A stretch of 64,000 nt of DNA, taken from assembly GCF_009914755.1 (NCBI RefSeq), contig NC_060926.1, one strand, 5' to 3'. The notes beneath the pieces were generated by a model, which searched no databases, had not been told where the DNA came from, and was given only the letters and a program-made list of their open reading frames with translations. This document shows, in pieces, positions 38,949 through 51,600 of the stretch (the first letter of the stretch is position 1; each line of letters starts with the position of its first letter). Made by a program: the position numbers and the translations under genes. This DNA comes from the human T2T-CHM13v2.0 reference genome, Homo sapiens.

Positions 38949-40699
38949 ACTGCGCTTTGGGAAGGACCGACTGGTCGAGGGGAGGAACCATGAATGGTCA
39001 TTTAAAACCATTTTAAACCTTTTTATTAAACAAAAAAAGCAGAAATCACAAAAAAAGGAAAAGCAAAAGTCAAAGTTATACAACACAAAGTTGAAGTTTT
39101 CAAAACCTGAAAATGGAGTGTGTGTATTGAAGGGAGTTTCATATCTTTCATAAATGATCACTAATGCAGAAAATTTCACCTTCAATTACTATCAGTGTAT
39201 TCATCAGGCGTTTTGGAATTCGGTTTATCTTAAATGCCTTCTATGTTTGTAGGTTTTTTTCTTTGAATTAGAACATTTTAAGGTATGTATACCTGTATGA
39301 AAATAGACGCATGACAAACACGTCATAAATAGAAGATGTCTTCACTCTAAAGATGCACACAGGTTTTTAAGTTACTATAAGTTTTTACTAGTTACCTACT
39401 CAGGTAGCAAGTTAATAGGACCACAATCAAGATTGTCTACTTTTGAAAATATCAACCAGGTAGACAATTATGGGACAAAATGACGTCCCCAAAGGACGTG
39501 GGGCTGTGGTGTGGTGAGACTCGTCGGAGACGCTGGACACCAGTGCTGATGCCAATGGAAAGAAAGGGCGTGGGGGGCTGTGGGTTTCCTCATGTTATGA
39601 CCACGGTTTCCTGGGGGTGCAGCGCGTTCTCTGATGCTCTGACCACGGGTTCCTACATGGGGTGTGTTTTCTTCATCATCGTGGGCCCTGTGTTTTAAGT
39701 TCTATAACCAACATTTCCATGGAGTCTCTTTCATACTCAAAACCCATGTTTACATTTGTAAAAGAAAAGTTACAGTTATCTATTTAAACCTTCCAGTGGA
39801 TAATAATGAAACTCTTTAAAACACAAGCCACTAGGCAGAAAGTCCACACCGAGGTGCTGGGGTCGCCTCAGAAGCTGACAATGCCAGGAGCTCCGTCCAG
39901 CCCAGCAAACTGAGGCAGGAGGCTGGGTTTCAGGTCCTGACCGGCTCAGAGAGAGGGCGGCTTCCAGTCTGGGTTCGTTTCTCGCTGAGAATGTACTGTG
40001 GATGCAAGGTTGGTACGGGGTGAACAGATGCTTAATTCACTGGGGCCCCTTCCCTGGGCAGGAGGCCCACGAGGCTGAGGAAGTCAATGAATAAGGACAA
40101 CCACCTAGCGAACAAAACCCAGCCAGAACCAAAGCAAATGAAAGCAGCCTTCCGTGTCGCTGGTGCTCTAGTGGGTGGAAATTACTAGCAGCTTCTTGCA
40201 TATGGTTGACTTTTGTGCTTAATATCTGGTGTTTTCTACTTTTGGGATTTTGTCCTTGGATGCCATGCAGAGGTCGTGCTGGAGTGGATAATCCCAGCTC
40301 CACGCCCGTGCCCCACATCGAGGTGACTTTGGGTGTGAACGAGGCAATGGAATGCTAGACTGACGTCTTCATGCTGCTGACCAACAGCTTCCCAGCGATG
40401 GCAATGGTGGGACAGGGGTCATTCCGTGGAGAGTCGGGGCGGGTGCTGTGTTTTCAGAGGTCACAGCCGCCACCGCCCTGCTCCGAGCTCCAGGTTTGGG
40501 ATGGTGTCACCGAAGAGAACTCGGCCTCTGCGAAGGGCTGTGCGGGGAGATGCGGTGGAGAGGAAGAGCCGCCGGGGTGTTGAGAAACGATGATTTCAAA
40601 AACTTCTGCTGAAAGTGAGGAATGCATAAGAAGTGGGTGGTTTTCAGTTCTGCTCTTCATGGCTCCCACACTGCTGGTTACGGCCCATTTCCATCTTTC

Positions 40700-41006
40700 T
40701 TTTTTATTTGTTTATTTATTTTTTTGAGACGGAGTCTCGCACTGTCGCCCAGGCTGGAGGGCAGGGGCGCGATCTCAGCTCACTGCAAGCTCGGCCTCCC
40801 GGGTTCAAGCCATTCTCCCGCCTCAGCCTCCCCAGTAGCCAGGGTTACAGGTGCCCGCCACCACGCCCGGCTAAGTTTTTGTATTTTTAGTAGAAACGGG
40901 GTTTCACCGTGTTAGCCGGGATGGACTTGATCCCTGACCTCGTGATCCGCCCGCCTCAGCCTCCCAAAGTGCTGAGATTAATAGGCATGAGCCACTGCGC
41001 CCGGCC
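40700..41006 (-). mobile_element. AluY
   Basis: Y-diagnostic GCAAGCTC, CCATTCTCC, CCGTGTTAGCCGGGATGG, GACCTCGTGATCC; flanking CCATTTCCAT(C/G)TTTCTT duplication. Confidence 0.93.
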
Positions 41007-41324
41007 CTTCCATTTCCATGTTTCTTACACTGAGCCCTTGGTGAAATATTTTTCATTTACGTAGCTTTCTCATCTAAATCATTCCAACTCTCCTGCCAAC
41101 ATTGCATTAGCGTGACCTTCCTCTTCTGAGATCGTCATGGAGCAGTAGAACCTTTTCTACCTAATTTTAACCTCAGAATCGCAGTGTTGGGGGGAGTTTT
41201 GGGGGGAGTGAAAAGCCGTCTTAGCCTCAGTCAGGCTCTGCTTCTAACACGTCTACAACATTCCCGTCAGTAGTTGGACTAAGATTGATTAAAGCAAAAC
41301 AAACAGAACACCGTTTTGAAACAG

Positions 41325-42300
41325 GGATGACGGCTGCATGTCGGGGGAGCCTCCCTCACCGCCTCGGGCTGGGCCACGCAGACCCCGGCCAGGACTGCCC
41401 GACCTGGTCCCCGGGGCGATGGATGGAGAGAGGACTCTACACTGCTAGGTGAGTAGATCTCAGAGGCTCCACAGAGAAGGGGGAGCCGCGGCCTGTGCAG
41501 CGAGTGGAGTCTCAGGGATCCCGCCTGGAGCCTGCGGTGGGGTCGGGCAGGCCTGGGGGGTCTTCGTGGCCCAGCCCGAGGTGGCCGGGGAGGCTCTCCA
41601 GGGATGCAGCCATCGTCCCTGTTGCAGTGCAGTTTTCTGTTTGTTTTGATCAAATCCTGGACCAGCAACCGACAGGAGAGCATCTGGGGGTGCGCGTGGG
41701 ACGTGCCTAGCCCCTGCCAGCCCGGGCAGACTCCGCACATCTGCAGGACACACTGCGTGTCGTTACAGGCAGCTGCAGGCCTCTCTGGGGGGCGTGGGGT
41801 GCCCTGCACCCCTCCATCCTTCTGCGGGGCTCCCCTCCTTCCATGCCCTGGGCTTCATGCCCCGTCAGGGGACACCCATGGGTCCCACCCAGAGCTCCGC
41901 CTTTCGCATCCCCAGAGACGGCTAGTGTCTTGCTCCTCTCGAACCCAGCAGTGCTGCGTCCTGCCTTCCAGCCCGCATGGAGCGGATGAGCTGAGACAAG
42001 GGGCCGGATGCGAATCACAGCTGAAAAGACCGCTCCGGCCTGGTGGGCAGGATGTCTGCACTTTCACAAGACTTTTCAGCCACCTTGAAAAGGGATCCTG
42101 AGAATATTAGATCCTATTGCAGGGTTACGGGTGGGAAATTGTTTTAGGAACTCCCGATTCCCTGATTCTCAGAAAGTCAAGCTGAACCTCCTGCCGACAG
42201 GAAAGTTTGTGCGCAGCTGAGCTTGGCGAGGCTGCCAGGCCCCGCGTTCCAGAGAGAGGCAGGTCAGGGCCTGGCTGCCCTGCAGCTGCCCCAGAAAATC
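41325..42300. promoter_or_regulatory. CpG-rich, GC-rich unique patch (CpG-island-like; candidate promoter/first exon)
   Basis: Many retained CpGs in non-tandem sequence; consensus donor TAG|GTGAGT at 41449. Confidence 0.45.
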
Positions 42301-42354
42301 CGCAATGGAAATTTGCCTCTCAGTACTGAGGACATTGCTCTCACATGCGGTGAG

Positions 42355-43850
42355 TTTGTTTTCTGAAGAATCCATCCACTTTATCTGAGTGTTGAGTTCA
42401 TGTGTGTGGAGTTGTCATGTTATTCCCTGTTTATCCTTTAGTGCCTGCAGTGTCTGCAGCAATGACCCATCTTTCTTTTCCAATGTTGGTAAACTGTGTC
42501 TCCCTCCCCTCCTTTTTTTATTCAATGGTAGTGTTAGAAGTTCATCAATTTTATTCAAATTTATTCAAAGAATTGGGTTTGGTGTCATTCATTTCTCTAT
42601 TGTATTTTAAAATAATTTTGTTGTTTTTGATCTTACCTTTATTATTTCCCTACTCCTGCTTGGTTTTGATTCTTTTTGGTTTCCTTTTTCTACCTTTTAA
42701 AAAGTGGAAACCTACATTATTGAGAACTTTCTATCTTTTTAGTATAATCTCTATTAATAGAACAGTGTTACCATTCCTGACTGTGGACTTTTGTCCATTT
42801 CTATTTTGGGTTTTTAAAATTTTTGTTTCAAGTGTTTTAGAGTTCTGGCACTTGGTGAATTCACGTGTAGGACTGTTGTTTTCTTGACCCTTTTGTCATT
42901 ATTTATTTCTTCTCTTTATCCCTGGTGATTTTGTTTGCTGCAAAGCCTACTTTGCCTGATACTAACGTGGCTTATCCTGCTGTCTTCGATGAGGGTTTGC
43001 ATGGTGTTTGCTTCACTTTTCATCTTTTGATTTTCATTCTATCTCTATCATTCTATTTGGGGTGATTTAATTTTACACAGTGCATCGCTGTCCAGGAAAT
43101 AAAATGTACATCGTTAACTTTTCACACTTTGCCTGGAACCCATATTTGCTAGTTGGAATTTGTGAATCCATCTTCATGTAGGTCTCCTTCACCTGCCCCT
43201 CCGGTGACAGGAGAGTTATGAGCTAGGTCTGCTCACTGAGTCTCCACGAGAAAATATTCTCATTTAAAACATTCCTTTCTCATGTTTTTCTCTGTTGTTA
43301 AGATTGGATAATTTCCATTTAGCTATATTCAAATCCACAGACTCTTTGTTCCATTCTGATATTTCTTTACCTTCTGCTGTAAGTCCCATCCAGTGAGGAT
43401 CTTTCTTTTAATATTGCCCCTCCATTCTAAGATGTCCATTTGTTTTGTATTTACATCTTCTAGTTCCTTCGTGAGATTTTCTCTGTTCCCATTGGATTCA
43501 AGAGTGTTTGTGACTATGGGCGGAGTGATTTTCATGTTTCTGTCAGCAGATCACACAGCTCAGTCATCTTAGCATGGGCATGGGCTGGCTGGCTCCTGTG
43601 TGAGTTATTTTCCTGGTTCTTCATATCCTAGTAAGGTTGAATTGCATTCTGGACACCATGAATATTATGTTAGGAGACTCTGCATCTTATTTCATTCCAG
43701 TGAAGAATGTTGATTTAGTGTTTGTTTTAGTGAGCATTAACCTGATTAAATTCAGGCTGCAAGTTTCAATAACATTTTGTGGTCTAGGCTTCCACAGCCA
43801 GTTCCTTTCTGAAAGCCTTCAGTACTGTTTGCAACTGCCCTGAGTGTGCA
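42355..43850 (-). mobile_element. Old L1M fragments
   Basis: GAAGAATCCATCCACTTTATCTGAG, TTCATCAATTTTATT, CTCTTTATCCCTGGTGAT, GGATAATTTCCATT, GAATTGCATTCTGGACACCATGAAT. Confidence 0.65.
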
Positions 43851-45644
43851 CCGCCAGGGTCTAGGCTGAGGTCTGTTCATGAGCTCAAATACATGTGAGC
43901 AACTCAGGGCAGCCCAGGAGGCCACACGCCACTTACCAAGACTCTCCCTCTCTCGAATCTCCCTCAAATGTCCTCTCTCCCTGGGACCCCTCATTTTTGT
44001 TCTTGAGCTAGAAAGCCGGGGATTTAGTTACCTCCTGAGCTGTGCACTCCCACAGCTGAGCCAGGCCTGGGCCAAGTGCTGGGCAGACGGAGGGAGAAAG
44101 AAGCAGTGGGTCTGGCCCCATCTTGCTGGAGCCCCACATGGAGAGGAGGTTCCCCTGTGGGGCTGGGTCCTGCCCTCTGCCATTGTTGGCACAGTTGCTG
44201 CCACAGACCCAGGTGATTGCCGAGGGCAGGGGGCAGAGGGAAGGGTGTGGGGAGGGTGGGGTGTCTGCCCTTCCCCTTAAGTCCTCTCTCTGTGGCCCCA
44301 AGCTCAGACTGTGTGGTCCTTCCTGGAGTGTCCTGCACGTGGCCCCTGAGCGCTTTTGGACCCTGCTGCCTCAATGCGGGCAGGGGATGCAGGAGGGAGG
44401 CAGGAGGGGACGCAGGTGCACCCTCTGCCTGGTCACTGCTTCTTGTGTTCTGCACCATTGTTCTTTCCGGAGTCTGTGGTCAGGGACTACCTGGGAGAAG
44501 CAGGTGGCATGTCTCCCCTCCTCAACCAGGAATAGAAGCTCCCTGAGCAGGGCCTTCGCAGTGAGGACTCCATAGGGCTCTGGCCGCAGACCTGCCTCAG
44601 CTTGCTTGTATGTTCGGTCCTAATGCTCAGGAACGAAACTCGCTTGGATATTTATGCAAACTTTTGTCCCTAGAGTCGTGCAGCTTCAACCACTGCGTAC
44701 TTTTCATGGAGTCCTTGTTCACATGCATTAGTTTCCTTTTCTAATATTTATACTTTCATGGTACATTAAAATTTGTTCTGTAATGTTTCTATCCCCTAAA
44801 AATGTCTTTAAAAAATGAAATTAGATACATATAAAATACCGACGCTTCTTCAGTTATGTCTTAGCCCGTCCGCGTGATCACGAGCTGGGATGGGTCAGCT
44901 CATGCGGTGCTGAGGAACCACATGGCTTAAGAGTTGTGACGATCTTCAGGACTTTGTTATGTGGAAGATGGTTTCTGTTTCTACTTTGAATATGAATGTA
45001 CATTGGTAGGAACAGGACGGGAATGCCACCTCGTGGCATGTCACTATGTGTTAAGAATTCTAAGATGTATGGTCCCGTGAAGAACTTCCAAAGGGATGGC
45101 TCACTGACTGACGGTTCCTGACCGCGTTTCACTGCTTCAGGGATGGTTCTGCTGCATTGGTCTTTCCTCGTGGATGATGGCCAGGATTTCACCCCAGTGC
45201 AACGTACTGAAGCCCCACTCCTCTGACTTCAGAGCTGTCCAGGGTCCAGCCAATGAGGCAGCTGCCAAGAGGTACCACATACAGGTTGAAAGCACCTTTT
45301 TTCAAGGAACTTACAGGACAGCTCCGGGAACTGAGGCCTACACAACAATGGAGAATTCAGGCTTTGTTTCACTTTCTTAAAAAAGAAGTCCAATTAGATG
45401 TATGAGTATGACCATGACCATGCATAAATATAACTAATTTCTGAAAGTGCTGCATACGTGAGTGCTGGTTCTCGGGTGCCAGTACAACGCCACGTGTGTG
45501 AGGCTGTCAACACTAGGAAGAAGAAAGACACTCCCAAAATACAAGTCAGAACAGGGGCAAGCGCTGGAGGAGACCAGTGAAAGGCCACCCGCCACCCCCA
45601 GAGCCTGGTAGAAAGCAGCTCGCCCAGGAGGGGTGGCCGGGTTC

Positions 45645-45751
45645 TGTGCCAGCTTCCCGGGGCTACTTAACAGTGCTCCAGAGACTGGGGCTTCAACAAC
45701 AGAAACCTATTGTCTCACAGTTCTGGAGGCCAGAAGTCTCTGAGATCAAGG

Positions 45752-45752
<1 letters not shown>
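45645..45752 (-). mobile_element. MLT1 LTR fragment, truncated at an Alu
   Basis: GGCTTCAACAACAGAAACCTATTGTCTCACAGTTCTGGAGGCCAGAAGTC..GAGATCAAGGT. Confidence 0.8.
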
Positions 45753-46412
<660 letters not shown>

Positions 46413-46639
46413 TCATGGGGCGTGGGACACCTGGGGCTTGCGGTTGTTTTGCGCCAAGCTAATATCTTGTTCTTCCCAACAGACGGAGGCCGATTGAGGC
46501 TTCTCTGTCCTCCACGGGGACCAGCATTGGCCTAAACCTGCAGACACCATTGCAAAGTCAGCTCAGGTGAACCCACTGGCAAAGGATTCCAGCGTGGAGA
46601 CACAGAGGTTGACATTTCTTGCCGTGGGTGATTTAATGT

Positions 46640-47070
46640 TGGGCCTCAATTTTTCACTTCCCCCGCAAGAGTATGACACAGCCCCAGCCTTCCTAGGGCC
46701 CGAGGGAGGGTGGATGGACTTATCCATCCCATAGGTGCTGCTCGAGACTGGGTGACTTGCTTCTGCCAATGAGATTTTCACAGACATGGCACAAGCAGAA
46801 GCCTGGAATGTGTGGGCACTGCCAGGCCTGCCCTCTAAGGCTCTTGATTTTCCCCACGAGATGTGCGAGCCCCAGGGGAGGGTGGCTCTGGCTGTGGGAT
46901 GAGAGGCGTGTGGAGCAGGCATGGTTCCCATCCTCAGCCTGGAGTCAAGGCCAGACTAGATCAGCCTGAGCCCAGCCACGCCACGGGTGCAGGAGTGAAG
47001 AGCAAATGCCAACGGTCCATGACAGTGACTTTCAAAGGGGCGTGTCGTGTGCCTCATCCCAGCAACAGGG
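46640..47070 (+). mobile_element. Old MLT1 (H/I/J-type) LTR
   Basis: GTGACTTGCTTCTGCCAATGAGATTTT..ACAAGCAGAAGCCTGGAATGTG; TAGATCAGCC; AAATGC. Confidence 0.55.
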
Positions 47071-47220
47071 AAGGCATTTCTCTATCAGTCAGTTGGTAAA
47101 TGATTATTGACAATGTGTGGGAAGGTGGAGTGATTTGAGTAGATCTGGCCTCTACTCTCATGGAGCTTCCTTTCTAGAGGGAAAGGCAGATGTTGGATGG
47201 ATAAATATAAATGATTCTAA

Positions 47221-47334
47221 TAGGTTGGTGCAGCAGTCATGAAAAGTAATGGCAAAAAAAGAAACGGGGAGGAGCCGGTGCTGCGGTTCATTAATAGTAA
47301 CGGCAAAAACCGCGATGACTTCTGCACCAACCTA
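47221..47334. mobile_element. MADE1 (Hsmar1-derived MITE) with a rearranged centre
   Basis: TIRs TAGGTTGGTGCAGCAGTCAT / ATGACTTCTGCACCAACCTA; internal GGCAAAAACCGC. Confidence 0.85.
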
Positions 47335-47371
47335 ACCCGGTAACCACGGGTGTGTGAATGTGGCGATGGGC

Positions 47372-47552
47372 AAGTTCCGAGAGCTAGGAGAGCATCTAGC
47401 TTCCTGGGAAGTTCCGAGAGCTAGGAGAGCATCTAGCTTCCTGGGAAGTTCCGAGAGCTAGGAGAGCATCTAGCTTCCTGGGAAGTTCCGAGAGCTAGGA
47501 GAGCATCTAGCTTCCTGGGAAGTTCCGAGTGGTAGGAGAGCATCTAGCTTCC
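47372..47552. repeat. Minisatellite, 37-bp unit, ~5 near-identical copies
   Basis: AAGTTCCGAGAGCTAGGAGAGCATCTAGCTTCCTGGG at 47372, 47409, 47446... Confidence 0.97.
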
Positions 47553-47924
47553 CGGAGTCAGGAGACGGGGGTTGGCAACCTGACCAAGGCTAAGTCCAAG
47601 GGAGGGGGGTGGGCGGGGAGCGATATGTCAGTGGAGACTCCAAGGATGAATGGTATTTAGAGAGTAAACCCCAGTGGTGAGAGGGGGTGTGTGGCTGGCA
47701 CAGAGAAGAGCCTGTGCAAAGGCCGGCGGGGCGAGAGGACACCGGGTGCTCTTCCACCTGAGGGGCGACCAGCAGGCTGGAGCTGAGCGAGCTGAGGATG
47801 CGGAGCCCGGGAAAGGCACCCCAGGCAGACGGCACAGCAGGGGAAAGGCTGGAGTCAGGCCTGAGCCTGTGTGGTTTGAAGAACTGACAGAGGCCTGTCC
47901 GGCAGAGGGGAGAGACCTTAGGCC

Positions 47925-48237
47925 AGAGTAGAGGGCAGGGCCGTGTTGGGCACTGTGGGCTTTGGATGGTGCTGGCATTTAAGAGGGGGGACCATAGACC
48001 AGGGCAGAGGGGAGAGGAGGACCTGGCTGGGCACCAGAGTGGAGACCATAGACCAGGGCAGAGGGGAGGGGAGGGCCGGGCTGGGCACCAGAGTGGAGAC
48101 CATAGACCAGGGCAGAGGGCAGGGCCATGAGGGCACTGTGGGCTGTGGATGGAGCTGGCATTTAAGAGGGGAGACCATAGACCAGGGCAGAGGGCAGGGC
48201 CGTGCTGGGCACTGTGGGCTGTGGATGGGAGCTGCCA
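47925..48237. repeat. Composite G-rich tandem repeat
   Basis: GACCATAGACCAGGGCAGAGGG x4, with alternating GGGCACTGTGGGCT..GGATGG and CTGGGCACCAGAGTG modules. Confidence 0.85.
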
Positions 48238-48609
48238 TTTATGCTCGGGTGATGGGAATGTGTTAAAAGATTTTAAGGAAGGGAGTAACAGTTGGGATTA
48301 ATGTGTATTCTGGGAATCTCAACAAAGTAAATTCATAGTTTGAATTTTCATAAGCCTTCTGCACAGGCAGAGAGAAATAAGATCGTGTCTACAGCTGTGT
48401 GATGATTATATTAAAAATATTACTAAGTTTTTAAACGTCATTTCAAATGGTGTGTTTCTATCTCACATTGGACAAAAGTAGATTGCAAGGTTAATGGAAA
48501 GTAGAAAAGTTAACTCATGAACGTAAGAGACATCGATTTGAAAACAAAACATTTATTCATTTACTTCTGCTGCAGTTTTCTTGACTGCTGAATTTCATGA
48601 GAAGGGATT

Positions 48610-51600
48610 GTTCAGGGAGGGTTGTGGGGCGGAAGACTTGGACGGCAGCTAGTGATTCCGCTGTTCAAACCTGAGGGTGGTGGAGCTGGAGCCTTGGGGA
48701 GGGGCCGATGCTGCCTTTTAAGTCTGAGAGTCGTTGAGCTGGACGTCCACGGAGGAGCTGGTGCTGCCACTGATGTCTTAGATTGTGGAGCTGAAGGCAA
48801 TGAAGGAGCTGATGTGGCTGTTCCTCTGTGAGGGTCGTGGAGCTGGAGATCCAGGGGGAGAGGTGTCCTAGTTTGAGGTTCCTGCAGCTGCAGACCCAGA
48901 GAGGAGCTGGTGTTTCTTTTGTTTGAGGGTCGCACAGCTGTAGAACCCGGGAGGAGCTGGCGTTTTTCTAGTATTAGTGTCCTGCCACTGGAGAGGAGCT
49001 GATGTTCCAGGAAGCTGATGTTCCAGTTAGAGGGCCGTGCAGCTGGAGACCCGGCGGGGGAGCTGATGTTCCAGGAAGCTGATGTTCCAGTTTGAGGGCC
49101 GTGTAGCTGGAGGCGCGGTGGGGAGCTGATGTTCCAGTTAGAGGGCCGTGCAGCTGAAGACGCAGGGGGGAGCTGATGTTCCAGTTTGAGGGCCGTGCAG
49201 CTGGAGACCCGCGGGGGGAGCTGATGTTCCAATTTGAGGGCCGTGCAGCTGGAGACCCTGGGGAGAGCTGATGTTCTAGTTTGAGGGTCCTGCAGCTGGA
49301 GACCCGGGGGAGAGCTGATGTTCCAGTTTGAGGGCTGGGGAGCTGATGTTCCAGTTTGAGAGCCGGGAAGCTGATGATCCAGTTTGAGGGCCGTGAAGCT
49401 GGAGACCCTGGGAGGAGCTGATGTTCTAGTTTGAGGGTCATGCAGCTGGAGACCCTAGGGAGAGCTGATGTTCCCGTTTGAGGATTGGGGATCTGATGTT
49501 CCAGTTTGAGGGCTGGGGAGCTGATGATCCAGTTTGAGGGTCATGCAGCTGGAGACCCTGGGGAGGAGCTGATGTTCTAGTTTGAGGGTCATGCAGCTGG
49601 AGACCCTGAGGGGGAGCTGATGTTCCAGTTTGAGGGCCGTGCAGCTGGAGACCCTCGGGGGAGCTGATGTTCCTGTTTGAGGGCTGGGAAGCTGATGATC
49701 TGGTTTGAGGGCCGTGCAGCTGGAGACCCTCAGGGGAGCTGATGTTCCAGTTTGAGGGTCATGCAGCTGGAGACCCTGGGAGGAGCCGATATTCCAGTTT
49801 GAGGGCCGTGCAGCTGGAGACCCTGGGAGGAGCTGATGTTCTAGTTTGAGGGTCATGCAGCTGGAGACCCTAGGGAGAGCTGATGTTCCCGTTTGAGGAT
49901 TGGGGATCTGATGTTCCAGTTTGAGGGCTGGGGAGCTGATGATCCAGTTTGAGGGTCATGCAGCTGGAGACCCTGGGGAGGAGCTGATGTTCTAGTTTGA
50001 GGGTCATGCAGCTGGAGACCCTGGGAGGAGCCGATATTCCAGTTTGAGGGCCGTGCAGCTGGAGACCCTGGGAGGAGCTGATGTTCTAGTTTGAGGGTCA
50101 TGCAGCTGGAGACCCTAGGGAGAGCTGATGTTCCCGTTTGAGGATTGGGGATCTGATGTTCCAGTTTGAGGGCTGGGGAGCTGATGATCCAGTTTGAGGG
50201 TCATGCAGCTGGAGACCCTGGGGAGGAGCTGATGTTCTAGTTTGAGGGTCATGCAGCTGGAGACCCTAGGGAGAGCTGATGTTCCCGTTTGAGGGCTGGG
50301 GAGCTGATGATCCAGTTTGAGGGTCATGCAGCTGGATACCCTGGGGAGGAGCTGATGTTCTAGTTTGAGGGTCATGCAGCTGGAGACCCTCGGGGGAGCT
50401 GATGTTCCAGTTTGAGGGCTGGGGAGCTGATGTTCCAGTTTGAGGGCTGGGAGGCTGATGATCCAGTTTGAGGGCCGTGCAGCTGGAGACCGGGGGGGAG
50501 CTGATGTTCCAGTTTGAGGGTCATGCAGCTGGAGACCCTGGGGGGAGCTGATATTCCAGTTTGAGGGTTGGGGAGCTGATGTTCCAGTTTGAGGGCCAGG
50601 AAGCTGATGATCCAGTATGAGGGCAGTGCAGCTGGAGACCGGCGGGGAGCTGATGTTGCAGCTTGAGGGCCATGCAGCTGGAGACCCTGGGGGGAGTTGA
50701 TGTTCCGGTTTGAGGGTCGTGCAGCTGGAGACCCGGGGTGGGAGCTGATGTTGCCGTTTGAGGGCCTTGCAGCTGGAGACCTGGAGGGAGCTGATGTTCT
50801 AGTTTGGGGGTCATGCAGCTGGAGACCCTGGGGGGAGCTGATGTTCCAGTTTGAGGGCTGGGGAGCTGATGTTCCAGTTTGAGGGCCGTGCAGCTGGAGA
50901 CCCGGGGGGAGCTGATGTTTCGGTTTTAGGGCTGTGAAGCTGGAGACCCGGGGGGAGCTGATGTTTCGGTTTTAGGGCTGTGAAGCTGGAGACCCTGGGG
51001 GGAGCTGATGATCCAGTTTGAGGGCCTTCCAGCTGGAGACCCAGCAGGGAGCTGATGTTCCAGTTTGAGGGCCTTGCAGCTGGAGACTCTGGGGGGAGCT
51101 GATGTTCTAGTTTGAGGGTCATGCAGCTGGAGACCTCGGGGGAGCTGATGTTCCAGTTTGAGGGCCAGGAATCTGATGTTCCAGTTTGAGGGCCGTGCAG
51201 CTGGAGACCTGGGGGGGAGCTGATATTGCAGTTAGAGGGTGGTGCAGCTGGAGACCTGGGGGGGGAGCTGATGTTACAGTTTCCGGGTCATGCAGCTGGA
51301 TATCCCAGGGGGAGCAGGTGTTTTTTAATTGGAGGGTCATGCTGTAGAACCTGGGAGGAGCTTGCCTCTTTCTTGTATGAGTGTCATACAGCTGGAGACC
51401 CGGAGTGGGGCTGATGTTCTAGTTTGCGAGTTGTGCAGCTGGAGACCCGGGGAGGAGCTGATGTTCCTGTTTGAGGGTCATGCAGCTGGAGACCCGGGGA
51501 GGAGCTGATGTTGTAGTTTGAGGGTTTTGCAACTGGAGACCTGGAGAGGAGCTGATGTTGTTCTAGTTTGAGGCTCCTGCATCTGGAGACTCAGGTAGCA

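Noticed and set aside
33685-39185. 1700-1800-aa ORFs as protein-coding genes (mucin- or keratin-associated-like)
   Set aside because: They coincide with a stop-free 42-bp VNTR and are open in four frames on both strands. There is no signal peptide or recognisable domain, and two of the listed starts are TTG. Kept only as a testable lead.
47221-47334. Calling the MADE1 a miR-548/miR-570 gene
   Set aside because: The centre is disrupted and I cannot match a mature miRNA sequence, so it is annotated only as a MITE
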